Assembly: GCF_009914755.1 (NCBI RefSeq)
Contig: NC_060931.1
DNA length: 64,000 nucleotides
Source: the human T2T-CHM13v2.0 reference genome, Homo sapiens
Direction: 5' to 3' (one strand)
Made by a program: the position numbers and the translations under genes. Below are positions 28,822-43,577 of the stretch, in pieces (the stretch's first letter is position 1; every line of letters begins with the position of its first letter). A model generated the notes under the pieces. The model saw only the letters and a program-made list of their open reading frames with translations. It ran no database searches and had not been told where the DNA came from.

Positions 28822-30584
28822 TCATGCTTTATAAACTTAAACAGTCTATTAAAAACTGGTTCAGCATACAAAAAATTTTGATCTTCAACACTTTGTCATA
28901 TTGCAACCCCCTTAAATTGTTTTAGAAAATTGTGAAATAGAGCACTTGCTATTGTGTCAGAAAACAAAACATGCTTAGACCTCAATAAACCACAAAAGTC
29001 CGTGAGCATGATCATATTTTAAAAACTTTTTAGCTGAATAAGAAACGTTGAACATCTTCACTATACATACTATATAATACATGGAAAAGATTCCTCTTTA
29101 ACAAATAAAATTAATTTCCAAAGTGTTTTATGATTATATTTTTCATTAATATCTGCATTTATAATGTGACACTTGGATTATATTATTTGTTAATATAAAA
29201 ATGTAAAATAAACATTGAAATGCCTCATATTTCTACATTGTTATTAAGGAAACAAATTGAGAATAAGTTAGATAGTTTATTCACTGAAGAAAGGTAAGAT
29301 AAATCTCTCTCAATATGCTTTATATGGATGTCAAACTCTTCACTCTAATCTTAGGGGAGTCATGACTTTGAAGTGCTTAAAGGATCATAGCTTCTTCTGT
29401 TTACTAATACTATAATTAAGATACTCAGAATAAAGATCACTAATACTAATAAAATTTTGAGAAGAAATGCTCTACTTACAGTAAACATTGCAGAGACAGA
29501 GTAGGAGGTACTTTGTCTTTCAGATGCACTACATACAATCATATTTATTAGTGTATTGTTAATGATCAAGTAACAAAAATAGAAATGCATTAATCATCTG
29601 CTACACATAAAGACTTGCGATAGACACCAAGGGAATGCAAAATTCTTGCCTTGATGGAGCTTACAGTCTCGATAACATGACAACTGTAGGTTCTAACAGC
29701 GAATCTTAAACTTTATATATCTGTGGAACACTTCTGAATATTAGAATTTTGGATGGTATATATAAAGGGAATAAATGACTAAACATAACACCAGTTACAT
29801 TAAATAGTCCCAAACTATTTCACCTGTTATTTCTTATCATATGTTCATTAAAAAATTGCACATCTAACTCTCTGCTCTCTATGATCATCCTTTAGCGTTT
29901 TCTTACTGAGAAGAGTTACCTTCCCTGACCAACTACTCTTTTATACTCAAGGGGAAACCTCTCATGCTCAAGAAAACATGTAATCTTCCTTTGTTGCTGA
30001 CTTGGTGTTATACTATGTCTCTTGACTCACAGAGACTATGAGTTAGTGTAGAAAAAAAGCTATAATGAGCTAGACTAGTTGGCAACTATTTCACACAAGA
30101 AGAGGTATTCAAATCAGGTCTGAAGAATAAATAGAATTTGGATAGGAAAGAAAGGATTTACAACAGCAAGAGGAGTGTGAACAAGGAGTGGAAAAACACA
30201 AGACATATCTGAAGGCCAATGAAATACATCTGTAGGGTTAGGCTGGCAAATTTGATAACTTGAATAGCTTACAAAAACGCTAACCATATAAATTAAATAC
30301 AAGTTTAATAGGTTAAAAGTATCAGGCAAAGGAATTTCAAATCTCTTCTGTAGACAAAGGAAAGTCATTGAACGTGTATAGGCAAAGCTTTGGTTTGGTG
30401 GCAGCTTGATGAAGGAGGTGGGAGGGAGAGTGGAGGCACGCAGAGTGGAGGCAACGAGATACTGACAGCAAGGACACCAGGCTAGAGGTGATAAGGATCA
30501 AAACAAGGATTATGAAAGAAAAAAAAATGGAGACAAAAAAGATTTAAGGAAACAAATAAACAAATATGTTTTAACATACAGTAG

Positions 30585-30892
30585 ATTTTTTTGTTTTTTT
30601 TTTTTTTGAGACAGAGTTTTGCTCTTGTTGCCCAGGCTGGAGTGCAGTGGCATGATCTTGGCTCACTGCAACCTCCGCCTCCCGGATTCAAGTGATTCTT
30701 CTGCCTCAGCCTCCTGAGTAGATGGGATTACAGGCAGGGGCCACCATGCCCAGCTCATTTTTTTGTATTTTTAGTAGAGACAGGGTTTCATCATGTTGGC
30801 CAGGCTGGTCTCGAACTCCTGACCTCAGGTGATCCACCGGCCTCGGCCTCCTGAAGTGCAGGGATTACAGGCGTGAGCCACTGCGTCTGGCC
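30585..30892 (-). mobile_element. AluS (Sq/Sx-like)
   Basis: Dimer; TSD ATACAGTAGATTTTTT. Confidence 0.92.
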
Positions 30893-31362
30893 AAAATACA
30901 GTAGATTTTTTAAAGTATCTTTCTAAATGTATGATACACTTGCAAATCTTCTAAGATTACATAAATTTTTAGATATAATCCATATCTACATCTAGAACAT
31001 GATACATACTCCATAAAACACCTCTAACCATACTTTCTTCTGCTGCTGTTGTCGTTAAATCCATAAATCTTAAAGAAAATCCTGGAATTGTTAACATGCT
31101 AAAGCCATTTTGAAGAGGTTTATAAGAAAGCATACTATTTTTTAAAATCTACTCATATAACAGAAGCTAGACTATAATTTACTATACTTATTATATTAAA
31201 TAATGTTTGCTTAATTACTAAAAGAATCTCTGATATTCTAGAGATACACAAACACACACAATATATTTATATCCATCTATCTAAACCTATCTATCCAAAA
31301 ACTGTGTCAACAATGTTGCTCAATTAAAAAATAATATAATTGGCAAAAAAAATTGTTATTTT

Positions 31363-32021
31363 CAGATGCTGGCGAGGTTGTGAAGAAAAAGCAACACTTA
31401 TACACTGTTGTTGTGAGTGTAAATTAGTTCAGCTACTGTGGAAGTCAGTGTGGCAATTCCTCAAAGACCTAAGGACAGAAATACCATTCAATCTAGCAAT
31501 GTCATTACTGGGAATATACCCCACAAAATATAAACCATTCTATTGTAAAGACACATACATGTATATATTGCAGCACTATTCACAATAGCAAGACATGGAA
31601 TCAACCTAAATGCCCATCAGTGATAAACTGGATAAAGAAAATGTGGTACATATACATCATGGAATACTATGCAGACATAAAAAGAATGAGATTGTGTCCT
31701 TTGCTGGGATATGGGTGGAGCTGGAGGCCATTATCCTTAGCAAACTAACACAGAAACAGAAAACCAAATACCGCATGTTCTCACTTATAAGTGGGAGCTA
31801 AAGGATGAGAACACGTGCTCACATAGAGAGGAACAACACACAGGGGACCTTTTTGGAGGATGGAGGGTGAGAGAAGCTACAGGATCAGAAACAATAACTA
31901 ATGGGTACTAGGCTTAATATCTGGCTGATGAAATAATCTGTATAATAAACCCCCACAACACCAGTTTACCTATGTAACAAACCTGTACTTGTACTCCTAA
32001 ACTTAAAATAAAATTTAAAAA
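31363..32021 (+). mobile_element. Older L1PA 3' fragment (ORF2 end plus 3'UTR)
   Basis: CAGATGCTGGCGAGGTTG...; ORF 31340-31588 is ORF2 C-terminus-like; ends AACTTAAAATAAAA. Confidence 0.9.
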
Positions 32022-33689
32022 ACTGTTATTTTATATATGAAAAATTTATATATTCTGGATATTGGAATTATTCTAAAACAACAAATCAATACACACAGCG
32101 ATATACAAACACATAAATTTTACTCATTCATTTTTATAGTAGTTTGGAGTCCCCTTTTTACTAAAAGTACAAAATATTAATATTTGGATAATTTTGAACA
32201 TAAAATACTTAGCCATTTTATAAACATGAACAAACATGGATTTTTGCATTTATTTATAGTTACCTTTCAAGGTCCTTTACTAAACTGATTAACAATAGAT
32301 TTTTCCAGTTATTAAAATTAATTAGCATAATAGCTCCTCTTATTTCATAGTTAAATATAAGCATTATTTCTATACCACAAAAAAGGAACATAATCAATTT
32401 CAAATCACTTTTCCTTTTTATATATCCCATGAAAGACAATCATGATAGGTTATAGCTCATTAAAAACAACCAAAAAATAATTTTTACAGTAAAGATATAA
32501 AACAGGAAAGCTAATATGTCAACGTTCTATTATATATTTTACCTAGAAATGGATATAAGTCCATTTTAAATATTTCTACAAAGAAAATAACACCATAGCT
32601 AAATAAATCTGCATCACTAGTGATTTACCTACTAATTCTACATAGTTGGATATTCACCAATAATGGAAAAGAATTTCAAATGCCAGAAAGAATAAAAACG
32701 GATAGAAAAATATGATCATAGAAAATAAACTAAGTATTTTTACTCCAAAAACTGACTAGAATAGGTATGGTATAGTGTAAATTACACCCACTGACAGTTG
32801 ATGAGTGTTAGTTAGCTAATGTATGTGGAAGTGAAGAATAATTTGAATGGTATGTGTTTTACTTTTGGCACAAGAAACTGTGACATTTCAGTGCCGCAGT
32901 GGCTGAAATCTGTTGCTTCTAAGAATAAATCTTCCAAAATTAACTTTGCCAATCACGAGGCAATCCTATCACGCACTGCAAAAAATTCCAAATATGTTTA
33001 TTTCAGAATCATCCTCTCCAGAGATATTCTGAAATCTAACATTTCTTAGTAGACATCTAAATGCTCCACTGATAAAAGCTTAAACTTGAATAAACCCACA
33101 CTTTTTTTTCTGAGGAGATAATGTCACTACTTCATTTTGTGACTCAGAGTCAAAAGAACAACATGATTTTAATCAAGCAAAAAAGTAGATCTAAGACAAT
33201 TCAAAGAACTGTATTTTAAAACTGGGGAAAACGTTTTTGTTAGAGTTGAAAAATTGTTATATGCCTTGTAAGGTTCAAGCATTTTCAGCATGGGCAAGAA
33301 TAAACATAATGATAATAAATAAATATAATAAACAAATTCATTTAGTAAATATCACTTGATGTGCCTGTGAGAAATCAAGTTATAAGTATGGTACTTGTAG
33401 ATTCTAAAATTGGATCAGAATTATCAACTCCTGCAATTATTTACATATCTCATGACCTCAAACCTTCAACAAAAAAGGTCAAAATATTTGTCTACGTGAT
33501 TGAAAAATCATAATTTTTGCAAAATTTTAATAATTTTCCAAACCATCCACCTAACAACCCAATGCAGATTATATAAACAATTTAACTCAGAATTAAGTGC
33601 TGCTTCTCATTTGAATGGTTATTATATTTCATGTCTTTTACATAATTTTCCCTCACCATCCCTGCCACAACACACAAATATATAGAATA

Positions 33690-33850
33690 CTAGGTTGGTG
33701 GAAAAATACAGACTTCGGAATTTGAAAGTTCTGGGTTTGAATTCTACTTCTGCCATTTTGTGATATCAGGCAAGTTACTTAAAATCTATGACATTTGGCT
33801 ATTTCAACTATAAAACTGAAATAGCAATATTCACTTTATATTATAATGAT
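33690..33850 (+). mobile_element. MIR
   Basis: CTGGGTTTGAATTCTACTTCTGCCATTT...GGCAAGTTACTTAA. Confidence 0.65.
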
Positions 33851-36745
33851 AATGTAAATTATCTCCTAAAGTAATTTTCACTGAGTAATCATACAATCAA
33901 TACACATTGGATACATTTCTTATTGAAAAAATAAAACTCTTGATTTTTTATATCTAGCTAAAATATTATTTTTGCTTTCTTAAAAAAATCCTTGTAAATT
34001 CAACTTTGATATAGTTCATTATGATTTTTCTAATTATTCAGAATGAATAATTAATTACTTCTGATTGCACATTGTATAGCTGTTTCCATAATTCATCCAA
34101 GTGATGGGTGGTATTTATTGCAGAAGAAACATAATATCTACTTTTTCTACAAATCTGAGACATTTATTAATTTGTATACCAAAAATGGTATGTTTATTTC
34201 CCTTCCTGAGATATTTTACAAAGCTGATCACTATAATATTGATTGGCTATTTTGAGAAGAACATATTGACAAGTAAATATCATAGAGAAGGCTTTAATGT
34301 AATAATTTTGGGAAAGTGTCTATACTATGAATCTTGCCAGATCTATAACCACTTGGTTATTTTTTTGCCATTGTTAAAAAAGCAACTATTGTTTTTGAGA
34401 AGATGCACTAACTGTAATCTACTCCAATCTATTTTTAACTTAGCTCGCAATTAACTACAAAACTGGTAGGAACTCTTATTTTTAAAAACTAGACATTTTA
34501 CTCCTGTTGTTACTACATTATTTTTCCATGAGCTTCGTAGGGCTAGTAATGGGGGGTAAAGTGCTTACAACAGTGGCCAGAATATAAGAAGCATGATATA
34601 AAATTTTGACCAATAAGACCTTCAGGGATCATCTCCTTACTTCCCACCTCTAGCAAGCAGCCAACCTCATTCTCTTCTATTACAGGAAGAAAAGCTATAT
34701 ACAAAAATCACTATGTATTCCAGTATTTAGGATATATACTATTATGAGTCTGTCAATTGTCTTAACCTATGCATACTTAAAATTAGAATCTCAACTAAAC
34801 AAAAGTCAATTTCTAACTTTGCCAAACCATAATAAATACTTCATTTCAATATTGTGTTCTGCTTACCAAATTGTCACAGAAAAACAAGATGATCACTAAA
34901 ATTTCAAAATAATTGTATATGCTTTAATATAAAGATTAAGAGTAAATCACAATATACAAAACAACAACAAATGCAGAAAATACCTTCCTCACCATCATTA
35001 TTTATTATGTAGTTACAAACCAATTTATTGTACTAAGCTGTCTCATGGGTTTCCTCAAAAATAAATCTCATTTACCCCAAATAAAGATATTTGCCTGTAC
35101 TTGGTAAAAATAAAATTACAATTTCAGAAATGTCAATGCATTTAAGCAATGATTGAGTCCCAAGATTCATCTAAAGGATTGTGACCCAAAGATTACTTTT
35201 TAAAGTTGAAAATTGTTGTTCATTAAGTAACACATTGAGAACCTCTTGACATTAAAGCCTTTTATTCTCTAAAACATATATTCTAAACAAGTATAGTAAC
35301 AGTGCAGGAAATCTGAAAAAGGGAACAACATTTTCTTAATTTACCTGTAAATATTTTAAGAGAGTGTTTTAGAAAAATAAAGACTTTAAATAAAACTTGT
35401 TTGATTAAATTTGTATATGCACCATAGAAATGTGAGTTTACATTTGGTCACACAAGTAAATTCAAAAGTCTTATTCGGTCTTAAATCATACTTGATTATG
35501 CTTTAAAGGAAAATATCTTCTTTAGGCGGAATAAGCAAAGTGATTTTTTCAGTAGATCTTTTCTCAGCCATTTAATAATATACGCAGAGAGTTCACCTTC
35601 ACTTTTCTTTTACATAAATCCATGAACCAGATTCTTCACTAAGTTTTCAGTAATACACAAACTCCTTCAGAGATTTACTTCATATAGCTTTCATTTTCAG
35701 TCATAACAATATTACTGAGGCACCCAAACAAAATCATACTATGGCTAAAATAATTGTATCACCTGGCTATAGTAGCTACCTAACACTTGAAATTAATATT
35801 TTCATAAGCAATCAAAAAAAGCTGATTTTAATTATCTTAAAATATATCTATATTTTTTCTGAATTCAGAATTAAATATTTTAAAGTTTACAATATAATAG
35901 TGGAACTTCTGTGACTTGTAGATTATTCAGCACCTCCTTAAAGTTTCATTAAATTTTACTTTTTCTATTGACTTGAGATCAAAGAAAGAAGTGACACAAC
36001 TATGCCATAGATCAAAACAAAGACCTGGAAAAAGTCTTCTAAGTCTTGGGCACTGCCCTCAGCCTTCTCAGTAACATGAAAAAATTTGAGAGGTACTCAA
36101 TAGATACCTGTCAGTTGAATATGTGAATAAAGAATGAGCAAATAAATCATCAAAAGGCAGAAATTCAAGATCAGAGTTTTCAGTAGCAAGATCCTAAATA
36201 TTCCTACTATAGCACAAATCTTATCAGTGGAAAACATTACTTTTACACATCAATTTTCAACATGGATAGAAGTTTAAACTAAGCAAACATTGACTTGAAT
36301 ATAAAATATAGGACATGTTCTACAGTATTAGCTATGATACAGATGACAAATGATCCTTATGTTTAAATAATCCATGGTCTAGAATTACAAGAAAGCAATA
36401 CATCACTTAACAAAAATTTTATTGTTTCTCATGGAATGTGCAAATTCCTCATCCTGACAGATATCTCTGAACATTCTCAAATCAGAATATCCTCCATTTT
36501 CATGGCATTAGCCACATAAATACACTTACACCAGAAGCAAAGTCTAATTGCTACAGTAAGTCAAGTTTATGAAAAGATTTGGGATCATATCCCTGCGTAT
36601 TAGCTATTTATATATCCTCAGTCCAATTACTTACAAGTGAATCTTAATTCTTACATGTTAATCTCATCAGAATATTATAAGTGTGTAATGAGAAACTTAA
36701 ACAAAACAAAACAAAAAAACAATAAAATACTAAGCATCTTTCATG

Positions 36746-37003
36746 GCTGTGGTTCCCAAGCAGAGTGCCAATGAACCCTGGAAAGTTACAGTGAACTTGG
36801 AGGGACACTATGTGTATTCTGAATTTTCAAAAGAATCACAGCAACAGCCACTGGACACGGACACTGTGCAAAGTGCTATTTTGTTGTTTGAATTGAAGTA
36901 CTAAATAAAATGAACTGTTAGATATTTAATTTTGACTAGGAGTACTATGAAAAAATTACTGAGAACTAAGTGTGCCATGAACCAAGAAAGATTGTAAATC
37001 TCT
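36746..37003 (+). mobile_element. hAT-Charlie (Charlie4-like) deletion derivative
   Basis: CTGTGGTTCCCAA start; GAAAAAATTACTGAGAACTAAG...GAACCAAGAAAG end. Confidence 0.6.
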
Positions 37004-37084
37004 GGGGCTTTCTCTCTGTTTCAACAAAGCTGCCCTATATACAGTATCTTCTTATTTGTCTTTTCTCAATTTATTTCAAAGCTA

Positions 37085-37591
37085 AACTAGTAGGTTCCTT
37101 GCTTGTAAGTAACAAAAACCTAATTCTGACAAATGGGCAAGAAAGGTTTGTTTGTTTGGAGTACAGAATAGTTCTCAAAATTAGCAAGAAGTTAGAGAAA
37201 CATTTCAAAACACAGAGAGGAAACAAGTAGACTAGGTCATAGGACCCACACTAAAGAGATCGAGATGCAGAAGCAGCCATGCAAGAATGCTGTGCTGGCA
37301 CAATGGCCACTACAACTCTCCTCACTGCTGTGGCTGAATTCCATTACCAAGGGCAAGTGTGAATCCTACACTGCCACATCTTAGCATCATTTGAGGTGCT
37401 AAGTCCCATGGGGGAGTCTCAGTAAACAAGCCTCACTTGAATGGAGTGAGGAGAAGGAGCAGCTGCCCTTCTTGTGTGTAGTGTGAGGCAAAGCTGTGTC
37501 TGCCGCTAAAGTTACCCTATGGAGCATTATCCTCAGCTGAAAAAATGTCAGGATTCTGGAAAACCAAAACAATACATCAAGTGTCCATCAC
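37085..37591 (-). mobile_element. Old MaLR LTR (MLT1 family)
   Basis: TTGCTTGTAAGTAACAAAAACC start; GTGTCCATCACA end. Confidence 0.5.
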
Positions 37592-38255
37592 AAGAGGCTT
37601 GCCCACCTTCAATGACAGCTCAAATTCCACTCTGGCGAAGTAAATACTTTGATTTGCTCATCAAACCCCTACTTTCCTTATATTTGCATGATGACTTTTT
37701 GAAATATTTCTACTATAATAATAACTACTCTCTTTTATTAGCCATTTTTATGTGTTTTCCTATTTCACTGGATTATGAGTTTTGTGAGAGCAGATGTCAT
37801 GCCATTCTTTTAAAAAAGATCTTGCACAGCATTTAAAATTTTAATCAAAATTTTATATGAAATAATAAAATATCCACATAGAAAAGGAAAATATAAGTAT
37901 GTTTTATTTCCTATGATTATTCAGTTTAATAGGCTATAAAAAATTTAACTAAGTCAACATTCCCAGAAGTATGTCTCAAGTAACACAAATCCTTGGGCAT
38001 ATTTATAAAAATAAGTATTAATATAAGGTATAAACACCCTTCATTGAAGATTCCTCAATATGTGCATTAGTGACATTCAAAAATTCTGAGTCATCTCTCT
38101 AGTAAGAAAAATATTTAATTTTATTTAATCAATATGATCTAATATATCAAACATATGTGCTCATTAAGTAGTGTGATTTATGACTTTTACCCAGTCTTAT
38201 AGAACACTTAAGACCATCTATAAGCCTGTGGATTTTTACCTATCTCTTTCAGATT

Positions 38256-38412
38256 CTTTTTTTATTTTTAACTTTTATTTTAGGTTCAGGACTACATGTG
38301 CAGGTCTGTTATACAGGTAAATTGCATGTCACAGGGTGTTGGTGTACAAATTATTGCACCGCCCGGGTGATAAGCATAGTACCTGATAGGTAGTTTTTCA
38401 GTCCTTACCCTT
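38256..38412 (-). mobile_element. Short old L1PA 3' end
   Basis: AACTTTTATTTTAGGTTCAGG...ACATGTGCAGG...AAGCATAGTACCTGATAGGTAGTTTTTC. Confidence 0.85.
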
Positions 38413-38930
38413 CAAAATAAATTTATTATAGTCTATTAAACTGAATAATCATAGGAAATAAAATGTACCTCTATTTACATTTTCTATGTAGAATATCCAT
38501 CCCATTGGAGTTAAGTGTTGTAAGGAACAAAAATTAATATTGAGTCAAAACTAACACGAATTTATTTCACTTAAGTCCATCCCTCCATCATTTGTCAAAT
38601 GTACAAACTACAATAACATTTGCTTTCTTAGGCCTTAGCTGAGATTTAAATATGACTTAAGTTATAAATTAATCATGACCAAAATATCTATTGTCAATTA
38701 TTAATCCCCTGTAAAATTAATTTTGAGTTGGTATTTTGAATTATATATATTTAGGTACAGATATACTCAGTTGAGTTTATTAAAAAACTTATTTCTTGGA
38801 AGATAAATACTTAACTAAAAACTAAAACCAGTTATTAATAATAATTAATACTAATAATTTATTAATAATTATATATTAGTGTGCACATATATAGAGAGAA
38901 TATAAGAAGAGAATATAAAAAGAAAGAACT

Positions 38931-39264
<334 letters not shown>

Positions 39265-40141
39265 TCAAATTATAATAGTTTTTAAATATTCTTTGGCAAT
39301 AGTTATGGCCATTGATAGGTGGCCATAGATAAAGTACTACAGTTTATATAAAGTCAAAGAAATTGTGTGTTTGTGCATACATGTGAGAGAAAAAAATCTC
39401 TAAGAATACATTGACTTGAGAAAGAAGTAAAAATCATGATTAATGAGGCAAGTAATGTGTTTTCCTTTCCTTTGTTGTTATTGGTATGAGATTCTAAGTC
39501 CATATTTACTTAGTCACTTTTCACATTACAATATTTTAACTGTTATCTCAGCAGATAGCATCTATCTACCTACTTATCTATATACCTACTTACTTATCTA
39601 TCTGTAATAATTAAGACATATGCCAGAGAAATAGAGATACCTTCACAAGAAAAGTTTAACCAGAAATTGCCATTTTAAAAGTTCAATTTCCCACTGTATG
39701 TGCTGTCAAAACTTAAATAAAATTTTATATACAAATTTTATATTTTAAATATAATATTGCTCAAATGAGATAGAAAATATTTTCTAAATACTCAATGCAA
39801 GGACACAATCCTGAAACAGACTGAACTCCATCCTTAGTTTTTAATCATTAAAGTCACAAAGAGATGAATGTTCAATATTTTTGATGAGCTACTTTGATTG
39901 TATTTCTTTGTAAACTACATTCCACCTCCTCATTTTTTTACCTGGGTCAGGATTAATCAATATACATCATAATTATATAATGTAATTATATTATCAATTA
40001 ATGAAAGAGATTATATTATCATTCTAATGGTAATAGTAATATGAGCTCTTTCATTAATTTTCAACTTAATCACAGTGATGTATACAAAATGTACTGGAGT
40101 TAGAAATGTCTGTGGCTACCTGAAGTAGCTCTAAAATAACT

Positions 40142-40221
40142 ACAGGCTGGTGCAAAAGTAATTGTGGTTTTTGACATTGAAAATAATGGCAAAAGCTGAA
40201 ATTGCTTTTGCATCCACCTAA
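40142..40221. mobile_element. MADE1 (Hsmar1-derived 80-bp palindromic MITE)
   Basis: AGGCTGGTGCAAAAGTAATTGTGGTTTTTGACATT...AATGGCAAAAGCTGAAATTGCTTTTGCATCCACCTAA followed by TA. Confidence 0.9.
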
Positions 40222-41139
40222 TACTTGGAAAGTTTGGACTCTTACCTAATTTTCTGTGTTACCTGTTCACTGTCTATCCCCATTTTCTCTTTTGGCCTCC
40301 TCCTCACTTTGTTATGCCTATAAACAATAATCACAGATGGAAGTACTGGCCCCAAAACTCAAACTCAGATGCCCACATCTATATCCAAACCTTAATCCTG
40401 TTCCTTGCCAGACTGACTAGAAAAAATGCCTACAATTTTATTTGACTTTCCATGTGTACTAAGCAAATCCTGTTTTCATTCTACAACCTGTCCCTCTAGT
40501 GTTCTTAATTGATTGCTTTTCTCTAATTATACTTTCATCTTAGACTGATTTCCAAAAATATCTGCTGGGTACATGATGGAGTTGGGAAGTGATATGTTCC
40601 CCACTCTTCATTGCCACTTTTCAACCACTGTTCATCCCTGACAAACTACTCTCCTCTTTGAAATCTCTATTGTTTAGTTATCCTGTCAATCTATGAATCT
40701 CTCTGACCTTGATATTAACGTAGTTGATCTTTCCAGCTGTCTGGCTTCATGGAAAATAAAACGTATCAGCTCCAATGACAGTTTTCTGAATTATGTTTTA
40801 GCTACCTACCCATATGCTACTTCTGTGACATTAACATTATACTGTTCACATTCTAGCTGTTGACTCCTTGGCATGATGCTATTGACAGCCTCTCATTTTC
40901 ATATATTTTTAAAAGACTAAAGACAAAAAGCAAAGAACAAAATGAATATAAATCCATCATTCTAATCCATTTATTTTCACCTAAGAAAAATGTCTTTCCA
41001 GCCCTTATAAATTTGTACACTTAATAGCAAAAACATTTTATTTAATATAAGTATATAATTTCTCCAAATAATAATCAGCTATTATTTTAATGGTTTCATA
41101 ACATTACATCAAATTTTTGAAAGGCAGTTTTGCAGATAA

Positions 41140-41260
41140 ATCTCAAAATTTAGAGCCAGACTGTCTGGGTTAGCATTTTGATTCTGAAATGTACATTACA
41201 TTGGGAGTTTAGCCACATCTCTGTGCTCAGTTTCCTCATCTATAAAATGAGGAGAATAAA
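41140..41260 (+). mobile_element. MIR
   Basis: TCTCTGTGCTCAGTTTCCTCATCTATAAAATGAGG core. Confidence 0.75.
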
Positions 41261-42437
41261 AATATATGGTTTTGGATATTTTGTGCTTGGAACCTGGCCC
41301 CCAAGCAGGTTCTCAGTACATACTAGATTATACAACTTACAATGTACCATGTTTTCTTTATATAATCATGTCTATTGCTGTAAATGTAGGCCTTTACAGT
41401 GTTTAAAATTCTTGCTACTAAAGAAAATACTGCAATAAGCATGCAGCTTTCATCTACAGAATAATTTGTATATTTAAATTCTCAAGGATGATATTAAGAT
41501 CCGAGAACACAGATGCTCTTTACATGCCTTTTTTTAATAAAAAGATTTGTAACAATTTATAATACAGCTATTAATATGTCAATTTTATCACCATATAGTT
41601 GACACTTAATCACTTGTTTTCCTTAAATATGTCTCTTTTCTTGTTTTCAAAATGCCCTCTCCTAGTTTTCCCTTTTTGCCTAATCGCTCAATATGCCATG
41701 TTTTGCCTTGTTCTTCTTTCCTGACAAAATTTGTCCTTTCCTAACTCTCGGGTCATATGTTTCCTTTCTATGCCCTTTTCTTTGTTATCACAATCCAATT
41801 TCATAACTTTGACATCATTTCTATTCTGATAACATCCAAAATAAAAGGCTGTCCCTGAAATATCTTCTGAGAATTAGACTTGAGTAATCTAACTTCCCTA
41901 TGAACACCAAAATTCCATTATACATGAATATTACTCCAACTTTACTTGATTTTACAATTGCTGCTTCAATATCAGGGTAAAAAGTATAGAGTTATATTTA
42001 TCTGTCCACTTCCACACATGCAGTCAGTTGCTAAACCCTGTCAAACCCATCTCCTCCACTAGAGAAAATTATATGAGCTAATTTCCTATATAGTCTGGTT
42101 CATTTAGCAAAGCAATGATAAAATTACAAAATAAGATCAAGCACTGAATTGTAAATTTATATGGACTTCTTATTACTATCCCAAATAAAGAAAATGATGC
42201 ATTAATATTTTAGTGTGGAAGACCTTAAAGGAGAGATGATGTCAAAAAGAGAACTTCTCATACTGCTTTCACTCACTCTCCTCCCTTCCATGTGATTTGA
42301 GATGAATTTATTCTGATTTACATCCATATGTCAATGAATTATCACTATATACTTATGTATGCATGTCCTGTGACAAAATCAATAGACATTCTCTCCTTCA
42401 CAAAATTTTATTTTATTCAATTCAATCACTCAGTTAC

Positions 42438-43024
42438 TGTAGCAGGCAGAATTCTAAGACATATCTTTCTACCCCCAAGATTTCTGCCTTCTGGAATACA
42501 CACCTTGTTTAATTCCCTCCAGGTGAGTGTGGGTGGAAACTGTAAATATTATGGGATATTACTCCACAATTAGGTTACTAATCAGTTGACTTTCCAGTAA
42601 ATCAAAAAAGATACCATCCAATTAGGCTAAATCTAATCAGGTGAGCTCTTCAAAGGACCGGAGGAGCCCTTTCTCCAGTGAGGGTTTTAGTGTGAAAAGG
42701 ATCTTATGTGACAGAAATTTTCATGACTGGCTTTGAAGGTGGGGAACCACAAGAAAAGGAATGTCAGCAGCCTCCAAGAACTAAGTGGTTCCCAGCTGAG
42801 AGTCCACAAAGAAACTAGACCTCATTCCTACAACCACAGTAACTAATTCTGCCAACAACCTGAGTAACTCCAGATAGGAACTAGACCTCGAGTGCAGTCT
42901 TGTTAAGATCCTGATTAGAAAGTTGTGCCTTACCATGCTGAACTTCTGATCTATAAAACTATGAGCTATTGTTATAAAGTGCTAAATTTGTGGCAACTTG
43001 TTACATAGCAATATAAAATTAACA
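42438..43024 (+). mobile_element. MaLR solo LTR (MLT1E-like)
   Basis: TGTAGCAGGCAGAATTCTAAGA start; GCTAAATTTGTGGCAACTTGTTACATAGCAATA end. Confidence 0.75.
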
Positions 43025-43255
43025 TTGTTGCAGAAAAAATTTACTTTGTAACTTAATGTCTGCTTTTAAGGGGGATTCTATGTTTAGATTAAGTTTAAAT
43101 GCTCACTTTTTAAGGTAGAGCAAATCACATCATTTTTAAACATACAAATGATATGATTGCTTATTTTTGTGTAAGTTAAATGACATCTATCTGTCAAAAA
43201 GTATATTTATAATTTCACTGAGAGTGACAGAGTATTTTAATTAGGAAATGTCTGG

Positions 43256-43577
43256 GTTTTTTTGTTGTTTTTTGTTTTTTTGTTTGTTTTGTTTTTGAGA
43301 CAGAGTCTCGCTCTTATCACCCAGGCTAGAGTGCAGTGGCACGATCTTGGTACCCTGCAACCTCTGCTTCCCGGGTTCAAGCAATTCTCCTGCCTCAGCC
43401 TCCTGAGTAGCTGAGATTACAAGTGCCCGCCACCACACCTGGCTAATTTTTGTACTTTTAGTAGAGATAGGGTTTCTCCATGTTGGTCAGGCTGGTCTCG
43501 AACTCCTGACCTCATGATCCGCCCACCTCAGTCTCCCAAAGTGTTGGGATTACAGGCGTGAGCCACTGCGCCTGGCC
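43256..43577 (-). mobile_element. AluS
   Basis: Dimer with GT-patterned T tail. Confidence 0.92.
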
